From positions 8,637-72,636 of the IMG/VR virus record IMGVR_UViG_3300031993_000055: DNA of 64,000 nucleotides, one strand, 5' to 3'. The notes under the pieces are model-generated. The model saw only the letters and a program-made list of their open reading frames with translations, ran no database searches and had not been told where the DNA came from. The DNA is from a virus. Its lineage: Duplodnaviria > Caudoviricetes. This document shows positions 18,867-28,690 of this stretch, in pieces. Each line of letters begins with the position of its first letter. Position 1 is the stretch's first letter. A program made the translations under genes and the position numbers.

Positions 18867-20804
18867 TCATCCTCTCGGTATTATCAGGTTCTTATACCTG
18901 CCTCTCAATGCACCGCCTATCCTTGTACGCGGACTCAGGCCGTGATATTTCACGCCTATAATGAGGTCGTCAAAGGCATCTGTGATATCTGTCCTGGTGC
19001 GAGGATCTCCGCCAAGACTCTCCTCATCTGTCGCCTTGAGTTTCTCTCTTGATTTATCCTTCGAGAAAGTACCTGGCTTCAGGCCGGCATTCTCGAGGGC
19101 AGGTATCAGGTAGGTGTTCCGGTTAGGAGACTTGCAGATCCTGATTCTCGGTTTCTGGGCACCCGACATCAGGTCGGCCATCAGCTGGAACTTCACGGCA
19201 TGCGCCAGGGCTGCTCCCGTATCAATGGCTGTCACCTTGAACCCAAGGTCTGTCAGCTCCTGAGTGACCACGCGGTCGAATCGGTTGTCATCACCGTTCT
19301 CAACGGCATAGGCTGTCGAAGCGCCCTGCTTGACGGTAGCCGTAAAGTACAGTATGACCTCCTTGCAGCCCCGGCGCAGGAACGGCCTGTATATCCTTGC
19401 AAAGTCCCTGCAGAGGGACCTGAGCTTTCTCTCGTTCATCACGAATATAGAGCGCTGTACCAATACGTCCTCGCCTCTCAGCTGTCCGATGACGAAGCAC
19501 GACAGGTTGGCGTTAGCATCGAAGGCCAGCAGGAGCGGCTCGTCGTATGCCAGGTCCATATCGAGCTCACAGGTATCCTCGTCACCCAGTCGCCCGAGCT
19601 CATCGAGGTCCAGCTGCTCCGTCTCCACCTCCTGCATCCATCTGGTAGAGTCGAGTGCCTTGCCCTTCTTCTTAATGGTGTACTTGTCGGCCAGCATCGA
19701 ATAGCTGTCGCCGTACTCCACACTGTACTCCTCCTCCAGATAGCCGTGTATCGTCTCGATATCCAGGTTACAATAGAAACCGTCCTTGGCCGCTCCCTTC
19801 TCGGCACCGAGTATCATCAGCGCATAAAGCAGCGGCGGCATCTGTCGCTGCATATCACGGAACCATGCCAGTCCGAGCATACTGAGGTTCTCGGCACTGG
19901 AGAAGTTCCAGAAGCAGGTGCTGTCGGTCCTGAGCCGGTGCAGCTGTCTGAGGAAGTTGTCGTTCTGCGCGAGTGCTACCGCAGCCTTCGGATTGTGCTT
20001 CTCGAGGTACTTGAGCTCGGCCATCATCGTCGTCAGCTGGTCGTTGACATCATAACTCTGCGTATCCTTCTCGCGCTCCCAGAGCGACTGTGCCTGCGTC
20101 AGTCCTGCATCCGACACCCACAGCTGGCTGAGCCAGTGGTTGTTGACCTTCGGGTCGGTACCGTAGCCCCACGTCTTCTTCTGCGTCTTGCGGGCCGCAG
20201 GCGGCATGAAGTCACCACGCAGCGTAGGCAGTATCTCCTCCTTCACGCGCTGCCATGGCAGGTACTTGGTCTCGTCACCGATAAGTGCCGCGAGGTTCAG
20301 ACCGTTACCCGATCCACGCACTGCCATCGACAGCATCTGCCAGCAGAACCCGTTGGAGAAATGCACGATATTCTCCCAGTTACGCGGACGTGCCAGCGGG
20401 TAGTCCCAGTGCAGCTTGGCCGGTGCCTGTCCTAAGAAATAGAACTGCTCGAAGCCCAGGGAGTTGACGACCTTCAGGGCATTCGGCATCGTACGGGTAT
20501 AGAGCTGCTTGGCACTGGCACCGACGAAGCCGCCCATCTGACGGGGAAGCCCGATGGTGACATCCACCATGTGGACACCGATGAACGAGGTCTTGCCGGT
20601 ACCACGACCGGCACGCACATAGGTGGTACGTGAACCGAAGTTGCGCACCTCCTTCTGCCAGCGGTTCAGATAGACCTTATGCACACCATCGTGAGCATAG
20701 TCCACCGCCCCGCTCTCCTCGGGCTGCAGCTCGTCGACATCAGGCAGCATACGCGCCTCCAGACGGTCGCTGCTCACATTCGGGTTGGAACCTATTCTGC
20801 TCAT
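18867..20804 (-). CDS. terL: Terminase large subunit
   Basis: Walker A YVRAGRGTGKT, Walker B LIGDETKY, RNase H-like nuclease LAFDAN and TDITDAFD. Confidence 0.9.
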   Translation of the reverse strand: MSRIGSNPNVSSDRLEARMLPDVDELQPEESGAVDYAHDGVHKVYLNRWQKEVRNFGSRTTYVRAGRGTGKTSFIGVHMVDVTIGLPRQMGGFVGASAKQLYTRTMPNALKVVNSLGFEQFYFLGQAPAKLHWDYPLARPRNWENIVHFSNGFCWQMLSMAVRGSGNGLNLAALIGDETKYLPWQRVKEEILPTLRGDFMPPAARKTQKKTWGYGTDPKVNNHWLSQLWVSDAGLTQAQSLWEREKDTQSYDVNDQLTTMMAELKYLEKHNPKAAVALAQNDNFLRQLHRLRTDSTCFWNFSSAENLSMLGLAWFRDMQRQMPPLLYALMILGAEKGAAKDGFYCNLDIETIHGYLEEEYSVEYGDSYSMLADKYTIKKKGKALDSTRWMQEVETEQLDLDELGRLGDEDTCELDMDLAYDEPLLLAFDANANLSCFVIGQLRGEDVLVQRSIFVMNERKLRSLCRDFARIYRPFLRRGCKEVILYFTATVKQGASTAYAVENGDDNRFDRVVTQELTDLGFKVTAIDTGAALAHAVKFQLMADLMSGAQKPRIRICKSPNRNTYLIPALENAGLKPGTFSKDKSREKLKATDEESLGGDPRTRTDITDAFDDLIIGVKYHGLSPRTRIGGALRGRYKNLIIPRG

Positions 20805-20812
20805 AGATCACA

Positions 20813-21407
20813 TCAGTTAAACCACCTTATCTCAGGATGTCCTGTATATCCCTTCTCCCAGACAAACCAGCCGTAGGCCGTAGCACTGCCGGGTGCCTCG
20901 TCGAAGTCGCCGTTCTTGGCGCACTTGAAGCGTGAGCGGCTGACCCATACGCGAATGGGGGGGGGTAGAATTGAAGAGCGACGCGCGACGCTTGCCCTCC
21001 AGAAACGTCAGCTTCAGGAACATGGCCACCTTACGGCCTTCGGGGATAATCTCCAGCGCCTTCTCCACGAACTCCTGCGCAAAGGCATACGGCGGGTTGG
21101 TGATGATATCACCTTCCCACTTTTTGTTGTCTGCAGACAGGAAATCAGCAACCTCGCCGAAGCCACGGTCTACAAGGTCGCGGCTTACAACGTGATACCC
21201 GTGTGCTGTAAGCACCTTGCTGATATGTCCCTCGCCACAGCTGGGCTCCAGGATATCCTTACTGAACTGCTCTATCTTGCACAGCCACTCGGTAGCTGCC
21301 GGCTCGGTGGCATAGTAGTCCTTGTCTGCGCGGTCCTTGCTGCAGTGGTTACTCGCACCTATCGTCTTGAACGTCGAAGCGTTCCCGCCTTTCCAGTCTC
21401 TTGCCAT
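20813..21407 (-). pseudogene. N6-adenine DNA methyltransferase frameshifted in a C9 tract (possibly phase-variable)
   Basis: DYYATEP, ILEPSCGEGHIS, IITNPPY motifs. G9 run at 20957-20965; with 8 C the frame continues TPPIRVWVSRSRFKCAKNGDF..AYGWFVWEKGYTGHPEIRWFN-stop at 20813. Confidence 0.8.
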
Positions 21408-21522
21408 AACTCTCCTTAATAAACGACGCATGCAGGACTGTCTTTTGAACAGAACTTCTTCAAGGGACACTCAGCTTCCCTCTGAGGCGTACATACGTCT
21501 GATTTCTTTACGTTTCCCTTTC

Positions 21523-22170
21523 TCATTCCTCCTCGCTATTCATTTCCTCGGCACCGATGCCGCTGGCAGCCTCCATCAGGGCGACCTTGTCATCGACGGC
21601 CTTATGCTTCTCGTCGACATAAGCGCCATATTTGGCAATGATGCGCTTTGTCTCCTCGTCATCAATATTCTCCTTGGTATCGTCGACCTCACGGATATCC
21701 GTGACGACGACAGAAGGCAGGAAGGCAATCTTGTTCATGTCAGCCTGATCCGACTCCGGCTGGTTCAGGCGGTCGAGCTCCATCAGGCGCTTCGAGCCTT
21801 TGTCGAGCGCCATGACATCGTCGGTCTCCATGCCGATACGCATCATCCTGTCTGCAGCAGCGCGCACCTTGGCCTCCGAGACCTTGCGCGACGGCGGTGA
21901 CACATGCTCGATGACGAACTTCATCAGTGCCTGGTCCTTCTGTGCGGCATGGCACTCCGCCGGTGCATCGGCGAACTTCCCCTTGCACAGCTGGCGGAGC
22001 ATCTGGTCATAGTCCAGGAACGGGTTCTTGATCCACTGAAAGTACACATGGCTCACCCTCGCCAGGCGCTCCTTGTTCTCCTTGCGTATGTTGATGTCGC
22101 AGATAGGCACCCCGCTTTCGAAGTGCAGCAGCGACCATCTCTGTAGTTCCTGTGATAAAACCTCTCCCAT
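21523..22170 (-). CDS. Hypothetical protein, candidate terminase small subunit (215 aa)
   Basis: Helical protein with acidic tail upstream of TerL; positional inference only. Confidence 0.45.
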   Translation of the reverse strand: MGEVLSQELQRWSLLHFESGVPICDINIRKENKERLARVSHVYFQWIKNPFLDYDQMLRQLCKGKFADAPAECHAAQKDQALMKFVIEHVSPPSRKVSEAKVRAAADRMMRIGMETDDVMALDKGSKRLMELDRLNQPESDQADMNKIAFLPSVVVTDIREVDDTKENIDDEETKRIIAKYGAYVDEKHKAVDDKVALMEAASGIGAEEMNSEEE

Positions 22171-22174
22171 AAGC

Positions 22175-22738
22175 CTACCATTTGATGACCGTCTTTTTCT
22201 TGTCGTTACAGATGAGCCTGTCCCACCCTATTCCGTTCAGGCGGTTGAGCCAGCCCGGGAGGAACTTCTTCTGTGAGGGGATGGCGCCACGGCGCTCAAA
22301 GAATGCCTTGCGCTCCTTCCACAGCTGCTGGAACAGTGCCTTCTGGTCAGGATAGCTGTTGATGGCCGCGATGGTCTTCGGGCCGACAACACCGTCCATG
22401 GCGACGCTCAGGATCTTCTGCGGTAGCTTGATGCCATAGGCACCCGAGTTCCAGTACCAGTCGACCACGAGGTTGGCAACGGCCTGACACTCTATCTCAT
22501 CGGCCCGCCACTTATCCCAGTATACCGGCTTCATGATCTCGTAGATGGCGTCATACTCCGTGATGAGCATGACATCGCGCTCGTCGATGTCGCCATCACC
22601 ATCCTTGTCATAACCGTACCTGCGCCAGGTAGCCAGCGTCACACCCTTGTTGGTGGCACCGCCCTTGTCGCCCTTCACCTTGTTGTAGCCGCCTTCCCAC
22701 GAGAGGATAAACGGCGCCAGAATCTCAATCTTAGCCAT
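22175..22738 (-). CDS. Endolysin, glycoside hydrolase family 108 with peptidoglycan-binding domain
   Basis: ILSWEGGY..DKGGATNKGVT catalytic motif; C-terminal SQKKFLPGWLNRL. Confidence 0.92.
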   Translation of the reverse strand: MAKIEILAPFILSWEGGYNKVKGDKGGATNKGVTLATWRRYGYDKDGDGDIDERDVMLITEYDAIYEIMKPVYWDKWRADEIECQAVANLVVDWYWNSGAYGIKLPQKILSVAMDGVVGPKTIAAINSYPDQKALFQQLWKERKAFFERRGAIPSQKKFLPGWLNRLNGIGWDRLICNDKKKTVIKW

Positions 22739-22740
22739 AG

Positions 22741-23031
22741 TTATCGTCTTTTGCGTTTCTTGTCCTTATGACGGATGGCATAGATCTTCTGTGCCGTCCG
22801 CTTGTCGTGAGCCATGATAAGCTCACCCTTGATATAGAACTCCCTCTCCGAGAGGTCGACAGGATTCAGGCGGTGGTTACGCTCCTTCATGTGCCTGTCA
22901 CGCATCTCCATATATCTGCGGTCTGCAGGGCTCTTGTCATGGCCCGTATCATAAAACTCGCTTGGTCTGTAAGCCCTGCTGCGCGCCATGATGCCGAACA
23001 GTGCGGCCGCTATCTTTATCTGGTTGTTCAT
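22741..23031 (-). CDS. Hypothetical protein (96 aa)
   Basis: Tightly packed ORF in the late operon. Confidence 0.6.
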   Translation of the reverse strand: MNNQIKIAAALFGIMARSRAYRPSEFYDTGHDKSPADRRYMEMRDRHMKERNHRLNPVDLSEREFYIKGELIMAHDKRTAQKIYAIRHKDKKRKRR

Positions 23032-23046
23032 AAGCTCTTTTTTTAG

Positions 23047-23400
23047 TTAAACGATTTCCACTCCGTCGTTCCAGCCGTCATCAGGCTCGTAGCCGGGACG
23101 TTCCTTGACAAACATCACACGCATACCGCCGAGGCTATGCCAGCGGAAACCATGGCTCAGCAGCTCCTTCTCGGCAGCGGGCCACGGGTCGCCGGACTCG
23201 AAGGTGGCACGCAGCCCCATCGCGTCACGCAGCTGCGACTTGTCCATCACCTCCACCCCGATATCGAACCTCGGCATGGAGAGGTAACGCTGGGCGAAGG
23301 CTTCCACAGCCGCCTGGGCGTTCTCCTTGATGGCGTCAAGGTCGGTAACGACGAACTGTCCGTCCTTCGGCTCCTTATCCTTATCCTTATTCCTGCCCAT
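23047..23400 (-). CDS. Hypothetical protein
   Basis: Start refined to MGRNKDKDKE; overlaps the end of the upstream gene. Confidence 0.6.
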   Translation of the reverse strand: MGRNKDKDKEPKDGQFVVTDLDAIKENAQAAVEAFAQRYLSMPRFDIGVEVMDKSQLRDAMGLRATFESGDPWPAAEKELLSHGFRWHSLGGMRVMFVKERPGYEPDDGWNDGVEIV

Positions 23401-23908
23401 CGCATCCGATATTCTCGTACATATCCTCGTCGACGCACAGATCGAGCGGCTCGACACGCTCGAACTGTATCAGCACCGCATACCAGCCGTTCTCAAGCGG
23501 TCCGACGGTCGTGACATCCAAACCGATGTTCTCGATGTCGATCCTGGCGAAGTCGCCGTTGATACAGCTGCTGACCTGCTCCTCATGCTTCGCATAGAGC
23601 CATGTCAGGAAATTACGGGCATGGTACCATGCCTCCTCCTTGGCTATCGCGGCATCATTGCCGTCGCGCTGCTTCTCCGCCCTGACGAAGAAATAGATCG
23701 GGTAGTTACGGCTGGGTTTCGTATAAGGTCCCCCACCCTCTATACTCGATTCCATGACCACGCAAGGAGAGAACTGGTTGGCGATACCCTTGGCCATCTC
23801 CACAACGCCTTGGGTAGAGTCCGTCAGATAGAACCTGCGGTTTTGGGGTGTATCAAGCATCGGCTTATAGCACTTACACCACTGATGTACAATTCCGTGA
23901 AAAGTCAT
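23387..23908 (-). CDS. Hypothetical late protein (173 aa), possibly tail terminator-like
   Basis: ORF in the late operon with a beta-rich pattern; function is inference. Confidence 0.55.
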   Translation of the reverse strand: MTFHGIVHQWCKCYKPMLDTPQNRRFYLTDSTQGVVEMAKGIANQFSPCVVMESSIEGGGPYTKPSRNYPIYFFVRAEKQRDGNDAAIAKEEAWYHARNFLTWLYAKHEEQVSSCINGDFARIDIENIGLDVTTVGPLENGWYAVLIQFERVEPLDLCVDEDMYENIGCDGQE

Positions 23909-24059
23909 AGCGTCTACTGTTGAATGATTCTTGTCTGTACCCTGGCCAGGCTGGCCACGTCCTTGCGGAACTTATCCGCGTCTTCGAACATCTGAGCATG
24001 GAACATGTCTACCCATTGTCCCATGAAGTCTCTTTTCTGTACTGCATACATAGGCATAA

Positions 24060-25106
24060 CTATTTAATGGTTTCCAAATCAATCTGATAGACCTCTGCGG
24101 CACGCTTAATGGCATCCGTCACCTCACCGCCGAGCTTCAGGAGCTCCTTGAAGTTCTTCTGCCACTGCTTCCTGCGCTCGGGCGTATCCTTCGTGCGTGA
24201 ATCGCGCAGATACTTCTTGAGATACTCCAGGCGCTTGGCGTTCTTCTCAGCCTTCTGCTCAGCCTTCTTCTCAGCCTTCTGCTCGTCGGTCATAGGCGGA
24301 CGACCGGGCTTGCGGTCCTTCTTCTCCTCATCGGCAAGGTCGTTGATGTGCGCATTGCCGAAGATGTCGACCTCCACCTTGCCATTTTCCACGAGCTTGT
24401 CCCACTCGGCATCCAGCTCCCTGTAGATGGCCTTGATCCTGTTGTCGATACTGGTGGCCGTCTTGGCCCATGTAGCCAGCTTGTCGGGATGGGCATTCGC
24501 CTCTGCCAGCATGCTCATGTTCTCACGTGCCTTGTCCAGGTCACGCAGCAGCCCCCTTACCGAGGCGGCACGCTCCTGTGTCTTCTTGGGCAGCAGGTGG
24601 ACGTACTGGTCGATATGCTTGGGGCGGACGGGCTTCGGCTTCTCCGCCGTATGCTTCAGCGTCTCTTGAGTGTTCTGATGGATGTCAGCGACACGGCCAT
24701 TACTCGCACTACTCCCACCTGCAGGCTTCTGTGTACCGGGCGTCTTCGTCTGGCTGGAGGTGCCCTGCTCCTGGGCGACAGCACTGAGCAGCTTCACGAT
24801 ACGCTTGATACCTCTGGCACCCGACTTCACATAGAGCATGTCAGGCAGCCATGTGTTCTCCTTGCCTGTCAGCGCCGTCATCAGGCGCACACCCTCCGTC
24901 CATGCCTGGCACTCGCTGTCGTTCCAGCCGACACTCATCTGTATGGCGTTCTGGAATGCAGCGGACGGATCGTTCACCTTACCTGCCAGCAGCCTGGCTT
25001 TCTTCCCAAGCCACTCCCCTACCCTTTCAAGGTAGTCCTGCTTCTCCGAAACCGACATCGTGTCGATTCGCTTGAGATACTCGTTAATCTGGATCTTCTG
25101 TATCAT
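24060..25106 (-). CDS. Hypothetical protein (348 aa), first gene of the late operon
   Basis: Long ORF directly downstream of late promoter 8. Confidence 0.7.
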   Translation of the reverse strand: MIQKIQINEYLKRIDTMSVSEKQDYLERVGEWLGKKARLLAGKVNDPSAAFQNAIQMSVGWNDSECQAWTEGVRLMTALTGKENTWLPDMLYVKSGARGIKRIVKLLSAVAQEQGTSSQTKTPGTQKPAGGSSASNGRVADIHQNTQETLKHTAEKPKPVRPKHIDQYVHLLPKKTQERAASVRGLLRDLDKARENMSMLAEANAHPDKLATWAKTATSIDNRIKAIYRELDAEWDKLVENGKVEVDIFGNAHINDLADEEKKDRKPGRPPMTDEQKAEKKAEQKAEKNAKRLEYLKKYLRDSRTKDTPERRKQWQKNFKELLKLGGEVTDAIKRAAEVYQIDLETIK

Positions 25107-25167
25107 AACTTAACCTTATGGAAATAATTAGACTCCGCTTTTTGAAGACTTCATATTGTCTTTTAGG

Positions 25168-25204
25168 CGCAAGATACATATAATGAAATTCCAAATCAAG
25201 GGCA
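25168..25204 (-). promoter_or_regulatory. Putative late promoter 8
   Basis: TGCCCTTGA-N19-TATCTTGCG. Confidence 0.7.
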
Positions 25205-25230
25205 GCATATCAGACTCCCTAAAGTTAAGA

Positions 25231-25285
25231 TTGCTTAAATAATCATTTAATTATTTGCTTATTTGCTTAAATAAGCGTATATTTG
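25231..25285. repeat. Octamer repeats overlapping the parA promoter (parS/operator-like)
   Basis: TTGCTTAA / TTGCTTAT / ATAAGCGT units abutting the TATATTTG -7 box at 25278-25285. Confidence 0.65.
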
Positions 25286-25322
25286 CACCAAAGTTACAAC
25301 GTTTTTAAATATTGCGAATATC

Positions 25323-26174
25323 ATGTCTAAGAAAACCAAGACACATCAGCTGCGTCATATCGTAGCCGTGTCAAACAACAAGGGAGGTGCTGGAAAGACC
25401 TCTACAGTATTGAACCTCGCTTCGGCCATTGCCCGTCGCATTGAAGGTTATCGTGTTCTTGTTATCGACTGCGACCCGCAGCGTAACCTCTCCTATTTCC
25501 TCGGCTGGGATGACAAGTGTGAGCTTGACGGTTCGCCAACCATCTACACGGCACTATGTAACGAGCAGCAAGGATTACCCGTATATAAGGCTGAGAACGG
25601 CCTGTATTTCACGCCTGCATCTGTAAAGCTCAACGGCATCGACGCCATTCTCTCGATGCGTCCGGACCCCAACGATCTGCTGAGTCTTGTTCTTAAACGC
25701 AAGGTTGACGACCATACGGGAGAACTTTCCCCCACCACGGGCGAAGATACTACGGATATCCAGACGATGTTCGACTTCATATTCATCGACACACAGCCGG
25801 CTATGTCACGCATGACCTACAACGCCTTCTATGCAGCCGACGGCTACATCATTCCGACAGAGCTTGAGGAAGCCAGTGTCAAGGGTATGGCCAATATTGC
25901 GGTCGCTGCTGGTAACGTCGATCGCGGACAAGGCCGCTTGAAGTGTCAGGGTATCCTGATTACCAAGATAGACGCGCAACTGCGTTCTACCAAATACTAC
26001 GAGCCTAAGATTCGTGAGATGTTCAACGAGACATTCAAGACTTCCATCAGACGCAGTAAGGATGTGACAGAGAGCCAGGCCATGCGTGAGGACGTGTTCT
26101 CTACATACGGCAGCGGACGCGCCGCAGAGGACTATACGGCACTGGCCGCAGAGTATCTGAAGAAGTATGCTTAA
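25323..26174 (+). CDS. parA: ParA family partition ATPase
   Basis: Deviant Walker A NNKGGAGKTS, VLVIDCDPQRNL, FIFIDTQP, IIPTE, TSIRRSKDVTES. Confidence 0.92.
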   Translation: MSKKTKTHQLRHIVAVSNNKGGAGKTSTVLNLASAIARRIEGYRVLVIDCDPQRNLSYFLGWDDKCELDGSPTIYTALCNEQQGLPVYKAENGLYFTPASVKLNGIDAILSMRPDPNDLLSLVLKRKVDDHTGELSPTTGEDTTDIQTMFDFIFIDTQPAMSRMTYNAFYAADGYIIPTELEEASVKGMANIAVAAGNVDRGQGRLKCQGILITKIDAQLRSTKYYEPKIREMFNETFKTSIRRSKDVTESQAMREDVFSTYGSGRAAEDYTALAAEYLKKYA

Positions 26175-26318
26175 TTAAGTATTTAAGCAATTAAGCATAT
26201 AAGTAGATAAGCGATTAAGTATTTAAGCTTATGAGCAGGTACTTAAATAAGCAGATAAGCATTTAAGGAAATAAGCTATAAATTTAATAAGCATTTAAGC
26301 AATTAATTAAATAAGCAG
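26175..26318. repeat. In-phase 8-bp repeat array (18 slots, consensus WTAAGCAW), parS-like
   Basis: TTAAGTAT TTAAGCAA TTAAGCAT ATAAGTAG ATAAGCGA ... ATAAGCAG, between parA and its partner. Confidence 0.8.
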
Positions 26319-26323
26319 ATATT

Positions 26324-26725
26324 ATGGCAAAAGACAAATTTAAACAGATGCAGAGGGGGAGTGGTAGTTCATTCCAGGATACATTGGTACAGGCCGCTAC
26401 CACCGTTGCAGCCATTGAGCATCAGACAGAAGAACAGAAGCCGGTAGTACAGGTTCCGGTTTCATCAGCCAAACAGACAACCGATGCACCTCGCTTTATG
26501 CGCCTGCCTAATCCGCAGATACCAATGAGCGAGTACAACCTTGTCAGTATGTACATCAGCGGATTCTCGAATATGACCCGCCAGGACTTTGTCGAACTGG
26601 CCATCATAGAGAAACTGTATAATGATGGTTCTATGACTGCAGAGGATTTTAATAACCGTTATGAGGAGATTCGTAATCGCCCGCCACGCGGCCAGCGGAA
26701 AGGAACTAAGCAAACAAGCAAATAA
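26324..26725 (+). CDS. Small ParA partner, candidate centromere-binding protein (type Ib-like)
   Basis: 133 aa directly after parA; flexible N-terminus and RHH-like segment (RLPNPQIPMSEYNLV....MTRQDFVELAI). Confidence 0.6.
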   Translation: MAKDKFKQMQRGSGSSFQDTLVQAATTVAAIEHQTEEQKPVVQVPVSSAKQTTDAPRFMRLPNPQIPMSEYNLVSMYISGFSNMTRQDFVELAIIEKLYNDGSMTAEDFNNRYEEIRNRPPRGQRKGTKQTSK

Positions 26726-26777
26726 GCAATTAAGCATTTAAGTAAATAATTATCTAATCATCTAATCAATTAAGTCT
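26706..26777. repeat. Third octamer array (9 slots), parS-like
   Basis: CTAAGCAA ACAAGCAA ATAAGCAA TTAAGCAT TTAAGTAA ... Confidence 0.7.
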
Positions 26778-27839
26778 ATGAATACCAATTTTAACCACAT
26801 GGTACCGAAGTTTGACTTTGTGGCCATCGACATCGAGTACGCGGACAGCGCACAGCACATCTGCCAGGTAGGACTGGTCGTATCACACAACCTCGACATC
26901 ATCGAGAGGAAGTCATGGCTGATATGTCCGCCTGAAAACCACTACGAGGAGCGCTGTATGAACATCCATCACATCACGCCGCTCCACACGGTATGCTCGC
27001 CGGGATTCAAGGAGGTATGGCCCGAGATAGAGCCGTACCTGCGTGACCGCCAGATATGGGCGCATAATGCCGTGTCTGTGGAAAGTCCTGTACTGGAGAA
27101 GAACCTGCGCTACCATGGTATCGAGGACGGACCGTACCGTATCTACGACAGCCGCGACCTGTACCAGCGTCCCGACTGTGAGCCTAACAAAGGTAACGGT
27201 CTGGAGCAGTGCTGCATGGCGCTGGACGTCCCTTGCGAGAACCATCACGACGCGCTGGCCGACGCAGAGATGTGTGCCAGAATCATCATCAAATGGCTGG
27301 AAGGGTTCCAGCCCAACTGGAGTAATGTGCCTGTCAACGCCGAACAGCTGCGCAAGCTGCATCAGGCGAAACGCACGCTGCATCTGGGCGAGTTCCTGGA
27401 CTATTACAGCGACACGTCCTCTGGCGATGAAGATGTGCTCTGTGAGCTGTCGTCGACATACACAGGTGCGCCTATGCGTATTGTGGACGTGTTCGACAAA
27501 GGAGACAAGCTGCCTGGCGAGAACGAGGGTAGGGTAGATTTCAGTAGTCTCGACATCACGCCTGACAATCCTCTCAGAGGTAAGAAGGTGGTCCTGACAG
27601 GTGTGTTCCAGATCGGACGCGCAGACATCAAGACCGCGCTGGAGATGATGGGTGCCAAACGTACCGAAGGTGTCACCAGCAAGACAGATGCTGTGATTGT
27701 CGGCCAGATAAACGTCGGATTCAAGAAACTGTGCGACATCGAGAAACAGGAGTCATCAGGCCATCATATCGCGCGTATTGTGGGTGATGAAGACCTTTTA
27801 GCCCTACTTTATGGCGACGGAAAGAAATTTTTCTCCTAA
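26778..27839 (+). CDS. DEDDh 3'-5' exonuclease (DnaQ-like) with C-terminal BRCT domain
   Basis: FVAIDIEY, WAHNA, HHDALADAEMCA; BRCT LRGKKVVLTG...GVTSKTDAVIVG. Confidence 0.88.
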   Translation: MNTNFNHMVPKFDFVAIDIEYADSAQHICQVGLVVSHNLDIIERKSWLICPPENHYEERCMNIHHITPLHTVCSPGFKEVWPEIEPYLRDRQIWAHNAVSVESPVLEKNLRYHGIEDGPYRIYDSRDLYQRPDCEPNKGNGLEQCCMALDVPCENHHDALADAEMCARIIIKWLEGFQPNWSNVPVNAEQLRKLHQAKRTLHLGEFLDYYSDTSSGDEDVLCELSSTYTGAPMRIVDVFDKGDKLPGENEGRVDFSSLDITPDNPLRGKKVVLTGVFQIGRADIKTALEMMGAKRTEGVTSKTDAVIVGQINVGFKKLCDIEKQESSGHHIARIVGDEDLLALLYGDGKKFFS

Positions 27840-27842
27840 ATA

Positions 27843-27874
27843 TTTGGCCGTTTCAAAAAATAGTCGTACCTTTG
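27843..27874 (+). promoter_or_regulatory. Consensus Bacteroidetes promoter
   Basis: TTTG-N20-TACCTTTG. Confidence 0.75.
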
Positions 27875-27880
27875 CAACTC

Positions 27881-27987
27881 AATAAAAGCCGCACCGACAT
27901 GTGGCGGATTTTTTATAAACAATTCGATATTTTATCTCAGCGGAGGTAAGGCCCCGGGAGTTTGTAACTCTCCCGGGGGTTTTTTTT
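27881..27987 (+). ncRNA. Candidate ~105-nt small RNA beside the origin
   Basis: Bounded by a consensus promoter and a strong terminator (CCCCGGGAG..CTCCCGGGG plus T8); no convincing ORF. Confidence 0.45.
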
Positions 27988-28004
27988 GTTTATAAGCCAT
28001 CGGC

Positions 28005-28093
28005 CACCTACCAATTCGGAAAACCTTACGCTTCACCTACCAATTCGGAAAACTACATCTGGAAGAGATCCTTCACCTACCAATTCGGAAAAC
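28005..28093 (+). repeat. Three identical 20-bp iterons
   Basis: CACCTACCAATTCGGAAAAC at 28005, 28034 and 28074. Confidence 0.9.
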
Positions 28094-28322
28094 TCTGCCG
28101 GAAACCCGCGTAGACAGGGGCTTTGCCTTGTAGGACTATGGGCTGCATAGAGAGAAAAAAAGGCGAAGCCGCACCTAAACAAAAGAAAAAAAGAAAGAAA
28201 AAGACCCCAAAAAAAAGCTTTCCTCGAATCGAAATGATATATACACTATATATAGAACCCTATATAGAATATATATATAACAACGGAAAACCACGCTGAA
28301 AATCAGTTAGTTACGGAAAATA

Positions 28323-28550
28323 GTTTTCCGGGTTGGTAGGTATAGGTTTTCCGAGATGGTGGGTGCTGGTTTGCCGGTTTGGTGGGTGTCGGTTACCCGA
28401 AATAGTAGGTATAGGTTTACCGAGTTAGTGGGTATTTAGCCTTGAGGTTTACCGAAATGGTAGGTGGTAGTTTTCCGAGTTGGTAGGTGAGTAGGTTGCC
28501 CGAAATAGTAGTATAGGTTTACCGAATTAGTAGGTGGTGTTTTCCGAAAT
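28323..28550 (-). repeat. Ten degenerate iterons, inverted relative to the first cluster (putative origin)
   Basis: GTTTWCCGARWTRGTRGGTR-like units at 28323, 28346, 28369, 28392, 28415 (23-bp period), 28447, 28470, 28495, 28517, 28539. Confidence 0.88.
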
Positions 28551-28690
28551 AAAAGGCGCGAAATTATAACTACTTGATAATCAAAACAAAAGAATTTTAT
28601 ATGAAAACTGAAAAAATTCCCAAAAATATTTGGAAGTTTCAAAACTAATTTTTATCTTTGCAGCCAGTTACAACTTATAATTCCATTCTT

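Noticed and set aside
21432-21468. Tenth late-promoter copy (TCAAGGGAC at ~21460)
   Set aside because: No TAnnTTTG-like box at the required 19-nt spacing.
20832-21470. Intact 212-aa methylase as given by the ORF track
   Set aside because: The C-terminus after TPP is out of frame; the family-like end lies in the shifted frame.
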